A DNA stretch of 64,000 bases from Squalus acanthias (GCA_030390025.1 CM059438.1:59274001-59338000), one strand, 5' to 3'. Positions 50,301 to 64,000 are shown, counted from the first letter of the stretch. Program-made: numbers and translations. The notes: a model not told the origin generated them from the letters alone.

Positions 50301-52092
50301 ACGGTCCTGGTTTATTGGTGATACGGTGCTGGTTTATTGATGATACGGTGCTGGTTTATTGATGATACGGTCCTGGTTTATTGATGATACGGTCCTGGTT
50401 TATTGATGATACGGTCCTGGTTTATTGATGATACGGTGCTGGTTTATTGATGATGCGGTCCTGGTTTATTGATGATACGATCCTGGTTTATTGATGATAC
50501 GATGCTGGTTTATTGATGATACGGTGCTGGTTTATTGGTGATACAGTCCTGGTTTATTGATGATATGATCGTGGTTTATTGATGATCCGGTGCTGGTTTA
50601 TTGATGATACGGTCCTGGTTTATTGGTGATACGGTGCTGGTTTATTGATGATACGGTTCTGGTTTATTGATGATACGGTCCTGGTTTATTGATGATACGG
50701 TCCTGGTTTATTGATGATACGGTGCTGGTTTATTGATGATACAGTGATGGTTTATTGATGATACGGTGCTGGTTTATTGATGATACGGTGCTGGTTTATT
50801 GATGATACGGTCCTGGTTTATTGATGATACGGTCCTGGTTTATTGATGATACGGTGCTGGTTTATTGATGATACGGTCCTGGTTTATTGATTATACGGTG
50901 CTGGTTTATTGATGATCCGGTCCTGGTTTATTGATGATATGATCCTGGTTTATTAATGATCCGGTGCTGGTTTATTGATGATCCGGTCCTGGTTTATTGA
51001 TGATATGATCCTGGTTTATTGATGATACGGTGCTGGTTTATTGATGATACGGTCCTGGTTTATTGATGATACGGTCCTGGTTTATTGATGATCCGGTGCT
51101 GGTTTATTGATGATCCGGTCCTGGTTTATTGATGATATGATCCTGGTTTATTGATGATACGGTGCTGGTTTATTGATGATCCGGTCCTGGTTTATTGATG
51201 ATACGGTCCTGGTTTATTGATGATACGGTGCTAGTTTATTGATGATACGGTCCTGGTTTATTGATGATACGGTCCTGGTTTATTGATGATACGGTCCTGG
51301 TTTATTGATGATACGGTGCTGGTTTATTGATGATATGATCCTGGTTTATTGATGATATGATCCTGGTTTATTGATGATCCGGTGCTGGTTTATTGATGAT
51401 ACGGTCCTGGTTTATTGATGATACGATCCTGGTTTATTGATGATACAGTCCTGGTTTATTGATGATACGGTGCTTGTTTATTGATGATTCGGTCCTGGTT
51501 TATTGATGATATGATCCTGGTTTATTGGTGATCCGGTGCTGGTTTATTGATGATACGGTCCTGGTTTATTGGTGATACGGTGCTGGTTTATTGATGATCC
51601 GGTGCTGGTTTATTGATGATCCGGTCCTGGTTTATTGATGATATGATCCTGGTTTATTGATGATACGGTGCTGGTTTATTGATGATCCGGTCCTGGTTTA
51701 TTGATGATACGGTCCTGGTTTATTGATGATACGGTGCTAGTTTATTGATGATACGGTCCTGGTTTATTGATGATACGGTCCTGGTTTATTGATGATACGG
51801 TCCTGGTTTATTGATGATACGGTGCTGGTTTATTGATGATATGATCCTGGTTTATTGATGCTATGATCCTGGTTTATTGATGATCCGGTGCTGGTTTATT
51901 GATGATACGGTCCTGGTTTATTGATGATACGATCCTGGTTTATTGATGATACAGTCCTGGTTTATTGATGATACGGTGCTTGTTTATTGATGATTCGGTC
52001 CTGGTTTATTGATGATATGATCCTGGTTTATTGGTGATCCGGTGCTGGTTTATTGATGATACGGTCCTGGTTTATTGGTGATACGGTGCTGG

Positions 52093-52868
52093 ACTCCGTG
52101 TTTCAGGAGGTAGTCACACCAATTAGAGTAACTAATTCAGAAGTAGCCCGTGGTCAGGGACAGGAAGGTGTGACTACGAGTGAGGCAGGTACAGGGACCC
52201 AGGAGGTAGTGTTGGAGGAGCCGCAGCCCTTGCTCTTGCCCAACAGGTTCGAGGTTCTTACTCCCTGTGGGGACGGGAGCGGGGACTGCAGGGAGGATGA
52301 GCAACCTGGCCACAGCACCGTGGTACGGGGGGCCATTCAAGTGGGGGGAGTAAAAAGAAATGTTGTAGTGGTAGGGGATAGTATCATTAGGGGGATAGAT
52401 AGGGTTCTTTGCAGCCAAGAGCGAGAGTCCCGAAGGCTGTGTTGCCTGCCCGGTGCCAGGGTTAAGGACATCTCCTCTGGGCTGGAGAGAAACTTGGAGT
52501 GGGAGGGGGAGGATCCAGTTGTCGTGGTCCATGTTGGTACCAATGACATAGATCGGACAAGGAAAGAGGTTCTGCTGAGGGAGTTTGAGCAGCTAGGGGC
52601 CAAATTAAAAAGCAGAACCTCGAGGGTAATAATCTCTGGATTACTACCTGAGCCACGAGCAAATTTGGCTAGGGTAAATAAAATCAGGGAGTTGAATGCG
52701 TGGCTCAAAGACTGGTGTGGGAAAAATGGGTTTTGCTTCTTGGGACACTGGCACCAGTACTGGGGCAGGAGAGAGCTGTTCCGTTGGGACGGACTTCACT
52801 TGGCCAGTGCTGGGACTAGTGTCCTGGCGAATCGAATAACTAGGGCTGTGGAGAGGGCTTTAAACTAA
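52093..52868 (+). pseudogene. CR1 ORF1 C-terminal part with SGNH/GDSL esterase domain
   Basis: Blocks VVVGDSII, CLPGARV, VHVGTND and DGLHL in one open frame; the N-terminal zinc finger is missing. Confidence 0.93.
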
Positions 52869-52906
52869 TTAGTGGGGGGGAGGTTTCAAGAGAGCAAAAA
52901 ATAAAA

Positions 52907-55856
52907 ATGACAACAGAGAGGGTCATAGACATAGGTAGCAGTAGGGGAATCACAAATCAGAGCGTGGCAGGAAGGGACAGAGTGTGTGGAGTAAAAGGTA
53001 AAGTGGTAAAAAGTGAAAAAGCAGGAACTAAGTGCCACAAAGCATATTTGAAAGTTCTCTATCTGAATGCACGTAGCATTCGTAACAAAATAGACGAGTT
53101 AATGGCACAAATAACTACATATGGTTATGATATTGTGGCCATTACAGAAACATGGCTGCAGGGTGACAATGCCTGGGAATTAAACATACCAGGTTATTTA
53201 ACGATCAGGAAGGACAGGCAGGAAGGAAGGGAGGTGGGGTGGCTATGTTAATAAAGGAAGGAATCACTGTAATACAGAGTAATGATATTGGGTCAAAAAA
53301 TCATGATAATGAAACAGTTTGGGTGGAGATAAGGAATAATAAGGGGAAAAAAACACTAGTGGGCGTAGTCTATAGGCCTCCGAACAGTTGCAACTCTGTT
53401 GGACGGAGTATCAATCAGGAAATAGTTGAGGCATGTAATAAGGGAACATCTATAATTATGGGGGATTTTAACTATCATATTAATTGGACAAATCAAATGG
53501 GGCAGGGCTGCCTTGAGGATGAGTTCATTGAGTGTATTAGGGATGGGTTTCTTGAGCAGTATGTAACTGAACCGACCAGGGGGCAAGCAACCTTAGATCT
53601 GGTCCTGTGTAACGAGACAGGATTAATTAAAAATGTCCTAGTAAAGGATCCCCTTGGAATGAGTGACCATAACATGGTTGAATTCCATATTCAATTAGAG
53701 GGTGAGAAGGTTGGATCTCAAACAAGCGTGCTAAGCTTGAATAAAGGAGACTATGAAGGTATGCGAGCGGAATTGAGTAGAGTGGATTGGGAAAATAGAT
53801 TAAAGGGTAAGACGACACATGATCAGTGGTGTACATTCAAGGAGTTATTTTACAACTTCCAAAAAAAATATATTCCACTGAAAAGAAAAGGGTGTAAAAG
53901 AAAGGACAGTCATCCGTGGCTAAGTAAAGAAATTAAGGATAGTATTCGACTAAAAACAAGGGCATATAAGGTAGCGAAATCTAGTGGGAGGACAGAGGAT
54001 TGGGAAACTTTAAAAGGCAGCAAAAAATAACAAAAAGATTGATTAAGAAAGGGAAGATAGATTATGAAAGTAAATTAGCAAAAAATATAAAAACAGATAG
54101 TAAGAGTTTTTATAGTTATATAAAAAGAAAAAGGGTGGCTAAAGTAAATGTTGGTCCCTTAGAGGATGAGACCGGGAAATAAATGGTGGGAAATATGGAG
54201 ATGGCAAAAACACTGAATGAATATTTTGTATCAGTCTTTACAGTAGAAGACACTAAGAATATCCCAACACTGGACAAACAGGGGGCTATAGGGGGAGAGG
54301 AGCTAAACACGATCAAAATCACTAAGGAAGTGGTACTCGGTAAAATAATGGGACCTCAAGGCGGATAAATCACCTGGACCTGATGGCTTACATCCTAGAG
54401 TCTTGAAGGAAGTGGCGGTAGGGATTGTAGATGCATTGGTAATAATTTTTCAAAACTCCCTGGATTCCGCTAAGGTCCCGGCAGACTGGAAAACTGCTAA
54501 TGTAACACCCTTATTTAAAAAGGGCAGTAGACAGAAGGCTGGTAACTATAGACCGGTTAGCCTAACATCTGTGGTAGGTAAAATTTTGGAGTCCATTATT
54601 AAGGAAACAGTAACAGGACATTTGGATAATCATAATTTAATAGGACAAAGTCAGCATGGTTTTACGAAGGGGAAGTCATGTTTGACAAATTTGCTGGAGT
54701 TCTTTGAGGAAGTAACATATAGAGTGGATAAAGGGGAACCAGTGGACGTAGTGTATTTAGACTTCCAAAAGGCATTTGACAAGGTGCCACACAAAAGATT
54801 ATTGCTTAAGGTAAAAAATCACGGGATTGGGGGTAATATTCTGGCATGGATAGAGGATTGGCTATCTAACAGAAAGCAAAGAGTTGGGATAAATGGTTCA
54901 TTCTCAGACTGGCAATCAGTAACTAGTGGTGTTCCACAGGGGTCAGTGCTGGGTCCCCAACTCTTTACAATCTATATAACGATTTGGAGGAAGGGACCAA
55001 GTGTAACATATCAAAATTTGCAGATGATACTAAGATGGGAGGGAAAGTAGTGAGTGAGGAGGACATAAAAAACCTGCAAGTGGACATAGACAGGCTAAGT
55101 AAGTGGGCAGAGATTTGGCAGATGGAATACAACACTGGAAAGTGTGAGGTGATGCACTTTGGCAGGAAAAATCCTAGAGCAATTTATTATCTTAATGGCA
55201 AGAAACTGGAGAGTACTGAAGTGCAAAGGGATCTGGGGGTCCTGGTGCACGAAACTCAAAAGGTTAGTATGCAGGTGCAGCAAGTGATTAAGAAGGCAAA
55301 TGGAATGTTGGCTTTCATTGCTAGGGGGATAGAATATAAAAATAGGGAGGTATTGCTTCAGTTGTACAAGGTATTGGTGAGACCGCACCTGGAATACTGC
55401 ATACAGTTTTGGTGTCCTTACTTAAGGAAAGACATCCTTGCTCTCGAGGCAGTGCAAAAAAGGTTCACTCGGTTAATCCCGGGGATGAGGGGGTGGTCAT
55501 ATGAGGAGAGGTTGGGTAGATTGGGACTCTACTCATTGGAGTTCAGAAGAATGAGAGGCGATCTTATTGAAACATATAAGATTGTGAAGGGGTTGGATCG
55601 GGTGGATGCGGGGAGGATGTTCCCGATGACGGGTGAGACGAGAACTAGGGGACATAGTCTTAGAATAAGGGGCTGCTCTTTCAAAACTGAGATGAGGAGG
55701 AACTACTTCACTCAGAGGGTGGTAGGTCCATGGAATATGCTGCCACAAAAAGCTGTAGAAGCTACAACATTAATTAAATTTAAAACAGAAATAGACAGTT
55801 TCCTAGAAGTAAAGGGCATTAAGGGTTACGGGGAGCGGGCAGGAATTTGGACATGA
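52907..55856 (+). pseudogene. CR1 ORF2 (AP endonuclease plus reverse transcriptase), disrupted
   Basis: YLNARS, ITETWL, MGDFN, SDH; KAFDKVPH, GVPQGSVLGP, FADD. Frameshifts near 53230, 54010, 54350 and 54980, and an in-frame TAA at 54180-54182. Confidence 0.95.
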
Positions 55857-56914
55857 GTCTAGGTTCGGATCGGTCATGGCCCTGTGGGTAGTGGAGCGGG
55901 CCCAGGGACTGTGTAGCCTGATTCTGCTCCTATTTTGTGTGTGCAATTCTGTTAGATGTAGGAGATGGTTCTGTGATAGATAGTAGATTGGCGGTTAGGA
56001 TCAGATCAGCCATGATCTTATTGAATGGCGGAGCAGGCTCGAGGGGCCGATTGGCCTACTCCTGCTCCTATTTCTTATGTTCTTATGTTCTTATGTTTAT
56101 TGATGATACGGTGCTGGTTTATTGATGATACGGTCCTGGTTTATTGATGATACGGTCCTGGTTTATTGATGATACGGTCCTGGTTTATTGATGATACGGT
56201 CCTGGTTTATTGATGATACGGTCCTGGTTTATTGATGATACGGTCCTGGTTTATTGATGATACGGTGCTGGTTTATTGATGATACGGTCCTGGTTTATTG
56301 ATTATACGGTGTTGGTTTATTGATGATCCGGTCCTGGTTTATTGATGATATGATCCTGGTTTATTGATGATCCGGTGCTGGTTTATTGATGATCCGGTGC
56401 TGGTTTATTGATGATATGATCCTGGTTTATTGATGATACGGTGCTGGTTTATTGATGATCCGGTCCTGGTTTATTGATGATACTGTCCTCGTTTATTGGT
56501 GATATGATCCTGGTTTATTGATGATCCGGCCCTGGTTTATTGGTGATATGATCCTGGTTTATTGATGATCCGGTCCTGGTTTATTGGTGATACGGTGCTG
56601 GTTTATTGATGATACGGTCCTGGTTTATTGATGATACGGTCCTGGTTTATTGATGATACGGTCCTGGTTTATTGATGATACGGTCCTGGTTTATTGATGA
56701 TACGGTCCTGGTTTATTGATGATACGGTCCTGGTTTATTGATGATATGATCCTGGTTTATTGATGATCCGGTCCTGGTTTATTGATGATACGGTGCTCGT
56801 TTATTGATGATACAATCCTGGTTTATTGATGATACAGTCCTGGTTTATTGATGATACGGTGCTGGTTTATTGATGATACAGTTGTGGTTAATGATTATAC
56901 GGTCCTGGTTTATT

Positions 56915-57206
56915 ACATAGAAACATAGAAACATAGAATCTAGGAGCAGGAGTAGCCATTCGGCCCGTCGAGCCTGCTCCACCATTCAATACGATCATGG
57001 CTGATCATCCAAATCCAGTACCCTGTCCCTGCTTTAATCCCCACAGTACACATATCCCACCCTACCCCCGTAACCCCACGTATTTAATTCCCCCTAACAT
57101 ATCCCATCCTATCCCCATAACCCCACATATTTAATCCCCCCCTAACACTAAGGGTCAATTTATCACAGCCAAATCAACCTAACCCGCACATTTTTGGACT
57201 GTGGAC
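56915..57206 (-). mobile_element. 5'-truncated HE1/V-type SINE with CR1-derived tail and 4-bp TSD
   Basis: (ACATAGAA)n tail and CR1-like 3' region matching 36960-37050; core CTAAGGGTCAATTT..CAACCTAACCCGCACATTTTTGGACTGTGG; TATT at 56911-14 and 57207-10. Confidence 0.8.
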
Positions 57207-60200
57207 TATTGATGATACCATCCTGGTTTATTGATGATATGATCCTGGTTTATTGATGATCCGGTGCTGGTTTATTGATGATACAGTGCTGATTTATTGA
57301 TGATACAGTCCTGGTTTATTGATGATACGGTGCTGGTTTATTGATGATACAGTCCTGGTTTATTGATTATACGGTGCTGGTTTATTGATGATCCGGTCCT
57401 GGTTTATTGATGATATGATCCTGGTTTATTGATGATCCGGTCCTGGTTTATTGATGATATGGTCCTGGTTTATTGATGATACGGTCCTGGTTTATTGGTG
57501 ATACGGTGCTGGTTTATTGATGATATGGTCCTGGTTTATTGATGATATGGTCCTGGTTTATTGATGATACGGTCCTGATTTATTGATGATACGGTCCTGG
57601 TTTATTGATGATACGATCCTGGTTTATTGATGATCCGGTCCTGGTTTATTGACAATCCGGTCCTGGTTTATTGATGATCCGGTCCTGGTTTATTGATAAT
57701 CCGGTCCTGGTTTATTGATGATGCGGTCCTGGTTTATTGATGATACGGTTTTGTTCATTGATGATACGGTCCTGGTTTATTGATGATACGGTGCTGGTTT
57801 ATGATGATACGGTGCTGGTTTATTGATGATACGGTGCTGGTTTATTGATGATATGGTTTTGTTTTTTGATTATCCGGTGCTGGTTTATTGATGATACGGT
57901 GCTGGTTTATTGATGATCCGGTTTTATTTATTGATTATCCGGTGCTGGTTTATTGATGATAGGGTGCTGGTTTATTGATGATACGGTGCTGGTTTATTGA
58001 TGATACGGTGCTGGTTTATTGATGATACGGTGCTAGTTTATTGATGATACGGTCCTGGTTTATTGATGATACGGTCCTGGTTTATTGATGATCCAGTTTT
58101 GTTTATTGATTATCCGGTGCTGGTTTATTGATGATACGGTGCTGGTTTATTGATGATACGGTCCTGATTTATTGATGATACGGTCCTGGTTTATTGATGA
58201 TACGGTGCTGGTTTATTGATGATACGGTGCTGGTTTATTGATGATACGGTCCTGATTTATTGATGATAAAGGTGCTGGTTTATTGATGATATGGTCCTGG
58301 TTTATTGATGATACGGTGCTGGTTTATTGATGATACGGTCCTGATTTATTGATGATACGGTCCTGGTTTATTGATGATATGATCCTGGTTTATTGATGAT
58401 ACGGTGCTGGTTTATTGATGATACGGTCCTGATTTATTGATGATACGGTCCTGGTTTATTGATGATATGATCCTGGTTTATTGATGATACGGTCCTGATT
58501 TATTGATGATACGGTCCTGATTTATTGATGATACGGTCCTGGTTTATTGATGATATGATCCTGGTTTATTGATGATATGGTCCTGATTTATTGATGATAC
58601 GATGCTGGTTTATTGGTGATACGGTGCAGGTTTATTGATGATACGGTGCTGGTTTATTGATGATACGGTCCTGGTTTATTGATGATATGGTCCTGATTTA
58701 TTGATGATACGGTGCTGGTTTATTGATAATACGGTGCTGGTTTATTGATGATACGGTGCTGGTTTATTGATGATACAGTCCTGGTTTACTGATGATACGG
58801 TGCTGGTTTATTAATGATACAGTCCTGGTTTATTGATTATACGGTGCTGGTTTATTGATGATACGGTGCTGGTTTATTGGTGATACGGTGCAGGTTTATT
58901 GATGATACAATCCTGGTGTATTGATGATACGGTCCTGGTTTATTGATTATCCGGTGCTGGTTTATTGATGATACGGTGCTGGTTTATTGATGATACGGTG
59001 CTGGTTTATTGATGATACGGTCCTGATTTATTGATGATACGGTCCTGGTTTTTTGATGATACGGTGCTGGTTTATTGATGATACGGTGCTGGTTTATTGA
59101 TGATATGGTCCTGGTTTATTGATGATACGGTGCTGGTTTATTGATGATACAGTCCTGGTTTATTGATTATACGGTGCTGGTTTATTGATGATCCGGTCCT
59201 GGTTTATTGATGATATGATCCTGGTTTATTGATGATCCGGTCCTGGTTTATTGATGATATGGTCCTGGTTTATTGATGATACGGTCCTGGTTTATTGGTG
59301 ATACGGTGCTGGTTTATTGATGATATGGTCCTGGTTTATTGATGATATGGTCCTGGTTTATTGATGATACGGTCCTGATTTATTGATGATACGGTCCTGG
59401 TTTATTGATGATACGATCCTGGTTTATTGATGATCCGGTCCTGGTTTATTGATAATCCGGTCCTGGTTTATTGATGATCCGGTCCTGGTTTATTGATAAT
59501 CCGGTCCTGGTTTATTGATGATGCGGTCCTGGTTTATTGATGATACGGTTTTGTTCATTGATGATACGGTCCTGGTTTATTGATGATACGGTGCTGGTTT
59601 ATTGATGATACGGTGCTGGTTTATTGATGATACGGTGCTGGTTTATTGATGATATGGTTTTGTTTTTTGATTATCCGGTGCTGGTTTATTGATGATACGG
59701 TGCTGGTTTATTGATGATCCGGTTTTATTTATTGATTATCCGGTGCTGGTTTATTGATAATACGGTGCTGGTTTATTGATGATACGGTGCTGGTTTATTG
59801 ATGATACAGTCCTGGTTTACTGATGATACGGTGCTGGTTTATTAATGATACAGTCCTGGTTTATTGATTATACGGTGCTGGTTTATTGATGATACGGTGC
59901 TGGTTTATTGGTGATACGGTGCAGGTTTATTGATGATACAATCCTGGTGTATTGATGATACGGTCCTGGTTTATTGATTATCCGGTGCTGGTTTATTGAT
60001 GATACGGTGCTGGTTTATTGATGATACGGTGCTGGTTTATTGATGATACGGTCCTGATTTATTGATGATACGGTCCTGGTTTTTTGATGATACGGTGCTG
60101 GTTTATTGATGATACGGTGCTGGTTTATTGATGATATGGTCCTGGTTTATTGATGATACGGTGCTGGTTTATTGATGATACAGTCCTGGTTTATTGATTA

Positions 60201-63200
60201 TACGGTGCTGGTTTATTGATGATCCGGTCCTGGTTTATTGATGATATGATCCTGGTTTATTGATGATCCGGTCCTGGTTTATTGATGATATGGTCCTGGT
60301 TTATTGATGATACGGTCCTGGTTTATTGGTGATACGGTGCTGGTTTATTGATGATATGGTCCTGGTTTATTGATGATATGGTCCTGGTTTATTGATGATA
60401 CGGTCCTGATTTATTGATGATACGGTCCTGGTTTATTGATGATACGATCCTGGTTTATTGATGATCCGGTCCTGGTTTATTGACAATCCGGTCCTGGTTT
60501 ATTGATGATCCGGTCCTGGTTTATTGATAATCCGGTCCTGGTTTATTGATGATGCGGTCCTGGTTTATTGATGATACGGTTTTGTTCATTGATGATACGG
60601 TCCTGGTTTATTGATGATACGGTGCTGGTTTATTGATGATACGGTGCTGGTTTATTGATGATACGGTGCTGGTTTATTGATGATATGGTTTTGTTTTTTG
60701 ATTATCCGGTGCTGGTTTATTGATGATACGGTGCTGGTTTATTGATGATCCGGTTTTATTTATTGATTATCCGGTGCTGGTTTATTGATGATAGGGTGCT
60801 GGTTTATTGATGATACGGTGCTGGTTTATTGATGATACGGTGCTGGTTTATTGATGATACGGTGCTAGTTTATTGATGATACGGTCCTGGTTTATTGATG
60901 ATACGGTCCTGGTTTATTGATGATCCAGTTTTGTTTATTGATTATCCGGTGCTGGTTTATTGATGATACGGTGCTGGTTTATTGATGATACGGTCCTGAT
61001 TTATTGATGATACGGTCCTGGTTTATTGATGATACGGTGCTGGTTTATTGATGATACGGTGCTGGTTTATTGATGATACGGTCCTGATTTATTGATGATA
61101 AAGGTGCTGGTTTATTGATGATATGGTCCTGGTTTATTGATGATACGGTGCTGGTTTATTGATGATACGGTCCTGATTTATTGATGATACGGTCCTGGTT
61201 TATTGATGATATGATCCTGGTTTATTGATGATACGGTGCTGGTTTATTGATGATACGGTCCTGATTTATTGATGATACGGTCCTGGTTTATTGATGATAT
61301 GATCCTGGTTTATTGATGATACGGTCCTGATTTATTGATGATACGGTCCTGATTTATTGATGATACGGTCCTGGTTTATTGATGATATGATCCTGGTTTA
61401 TTGATGATATGGTCCTGATTTATTGATGATACGATGCTGGTTTATTGGTGATACGGTGCAGGTTTATTGATGATACGGTGCTGGTTTATTGATGATACGG
61501 TCCTGGTTTATTGATGATATGGTCCTGATTTATTGATGATACGGTGCTGGTTTATTGATAATACGGTGCTGGTTTATTGATGATACGGTGCTGTTTATTG
61601 ATGATACAGTCCTGGTTTACTGATGATACGGTGCTGGTTTATTAATGATACAGTCCTGGTTTATTGATTATACGGTGCTGGTTTATTGATGATACGGTGC
61701 TGGTTTATTGGTGATACGGTGCAGGTTTATTGATGATACAATCCTGGTGTATTGATGATACGGTCCTGGTTTATTGATTATCCGGTGCTGGTTTATTGAT
61801 GATACGGTGCTGGTTTATTGATGATACGGTGCTGGTTTATTGATGATACGGTCCTGATTTATTGATGATACGGTCCTGGTTTTTTGATGATACGGTGCTG
61901 GTTTATTGATGATACGGTGCTGGTTTATTGATGATATGGTCCTGGTTTATTGATGATACGGTGCTGGTTTATTGATGATACAGTCCTGGTTTATTGATTA
62001 TACGGTGCTGGTTTATTGATGATCCGGTCCTGGTTTATTGATGATATGATCCTGGTTTATTGATGATCCGTTCCTGGTTTATTGATGATATGGTCCTGGT
62101 TTATTGATGATACGGTCCTGGTTTATTGGTGATACGGTGCTGGTTTATTGATGATATGGTCCAGGTTTATTGATGATATGGTCCTGGTTTATTGATGATA
62201 CGGTCCTGATTTATTGATGATACGGTCCTGGTTTATTGATGATACAGTCCTGGTTTATTGATGATACGATCCTGGTTTATTGATGATCCGGTCCTGGTTT
62301 ATTGATAATCCGGTCCTGGTTTATTGATGATGCGGTCCTGGTTTATTGATGATACGGTTTTGTTCATTGATGATACGGTCCTGGTTTATTGATGATACGG
62401 TGCTGGTTTATTGATGATACGGTGCTGGTTTATTGATGATACGGTGCTGGTTTATTGATGATATGGTTTTGTTTATTGATTATCCGGTGCTGGTTTATTG
62501 ATGATACGGTGCTGGTTTATTGATGATCCGGTTTTATTTATTGATTATCCGGTGCTGGTTTATTGATGATACGGTGCTGGTTTATTGATGATACGGTGCT
62601 GGTTTATTGAGGATATGGTCCTGATTTATTGATGATAGGGTGCTGGTTTATTGATGATACGGTGCTGGTTTATTGATGATACGGTGCTGGTTTATTGATG
62701 ATACGGTGCTAGTTTATTGATGATACGGTCCTGGTTTATTGATGATACGGTCCTGGTTTATTGATGATCCAGTTTTGTTTATTGATTATCCGGTGCTGGT
62801 TTATTGATGATACGGTGCTGGTTTATTGATGATACGGTCCTGATTTATTGATGATACGGTCCTGGTTTATTGATGATACGGTGCTGGTTTATTGATGATA
62901 CGGTGCTGGTTTATTGATGATACGGTGCTGGTTTATTGATGATACGGTTTTATTTATTGATTATCCGGTGCTGGTTTATTGATGATACGGTGCTGGTTTA
63001 TTGATGATACGGTGCTGGTTTATTGAGGATATGGTCCTGATTTATTGATGATAGGGTGCTGGTTTATTGATGATACGGTGCTGGTTTATTGATGATACGG
63101 TGCTGGTTTATTGATGATACGGTGCTAGTTTATTGATGATACGGTCCTGGTTTATTGATGATACGGTCCTGGTTTATTGATGATCCAGTTTTGTTTATTG

Positions 63201-64000
63201 ATTATCCGGTGCTGGTTTATTGATGATACGGTGCTGGTTTATTGATGATACGGTCCTGATTTATTGATGATACGGTCCTGGTTTATTGATGATACGGTGC
63301 TGGTTTATTGATGATACGGTGCTGGTTTATTGATGATACGGTCCTGATTTATTGATGATAAAGGTGCTGGTTTATTGATGATATGGTCCTGGTTTATTGA
63401 TGATACGGTGCTGGTTTATTGATGATACGGTCCTGATTTATTGATGATACGGTCCTGGTTTATTGATGATATGATCCTGGTTTATTGATGATACGGTGCT
63501 GGTTTATTGATGATACGGTCCTGATTTATTGATGATACGGTCCTGGTTTATTGATGATATGATCCTGGTTTATTGATGATACGGTCCTGATTTATTGATG
63601 ATACGGTCCTGATTTATTGATGATACGGTCCTGGTTTATTGATGATATGATCCTGGTTTATTGATGATATGGTCCTGATTTATTGATGATACGGTGCTGG
63701 TTTATTGGTGATACGGTGCAGGTTTATTGATGATACGGTGCTGGTTTATTGATGATACGGTCCTGGTTTATTGATGATATGGTCCTGATTTATTGATGAT
63801 ACGGTGCTGGTTTATTGATAATACGGTGCTGGTTTATTGATGATACGGTGCTGGTTTATTGATGATACAGTCCTGGTTTACTGATGATACGGTGCTGGTT
63901 TATTAATGATACAGTCCTGGTTTATTGATTATACGGTGCTGGTTTATTGATGATACGGTGCTGGTTTATTGGTGATACGGTGCAGGTTTATTGATGATAC

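Larger units (their letters stand above)
52093..56095 (+). mobile_element. 4.0-kb CR1-clade LINE, 5'-truncated within ORF1
   Basis: ORF1 esterase, APE-RT ORF2, 3'UTR and (TTCTTATG)3 tail; satellite on both sides. Confidence 0.98.
47334..64000. repeat. 22-bp satellite, roughly 560 monomers in the window, interrupted by a CR1 and a SINE
   Basis: GGT(C/G)CTGGTTTATTGATGATAC; period 22 (56161 and 56183). Confidence 0.99.

Overview
Repeat-dominated vertebrate DNA, most likely from a cartilaginous fish (inferred from recognisable CR1/HER1-type LINEs, Deu-domain and HE1/V-type SINEs and a Penelope-like terminal sequence; not database-verified). About three quarters of the window is tandem repeat: a 69-bp array (1301-2153, resuming ~6110-6612), a ~28.7-kb G-rich 32-bp satellite carrying TTAGGG and four G-tracts per monomer (6646-35308), a 31-bp array, a compound 37/41-bp array, a ~23-bp array ending at a 500-N gap, and a 22-bp satellite (47334-64000). 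CR1 LINEs (one 4-kb copy with esterase ORF1 and broken APE-RT ORF2), L2 fragments and SINEs are inserted in and between the arrays. The most notable objects are two ~190-220 bp palindromic insertions (2640-2827, 6260-6481) with 13-14 bp target-site duplications, built from inverted Penelope-like ends. The second carries two back-to-back minimal hammerhead ribozyme motifs, and the empty target site of the first is present in a paralogous duplicate within the window. A ~7-kb non-satellite island (37.5-44.7 kb) contains splice-site-flanked, phase-compatible candidate exons of an unidentified minus-strand gene.
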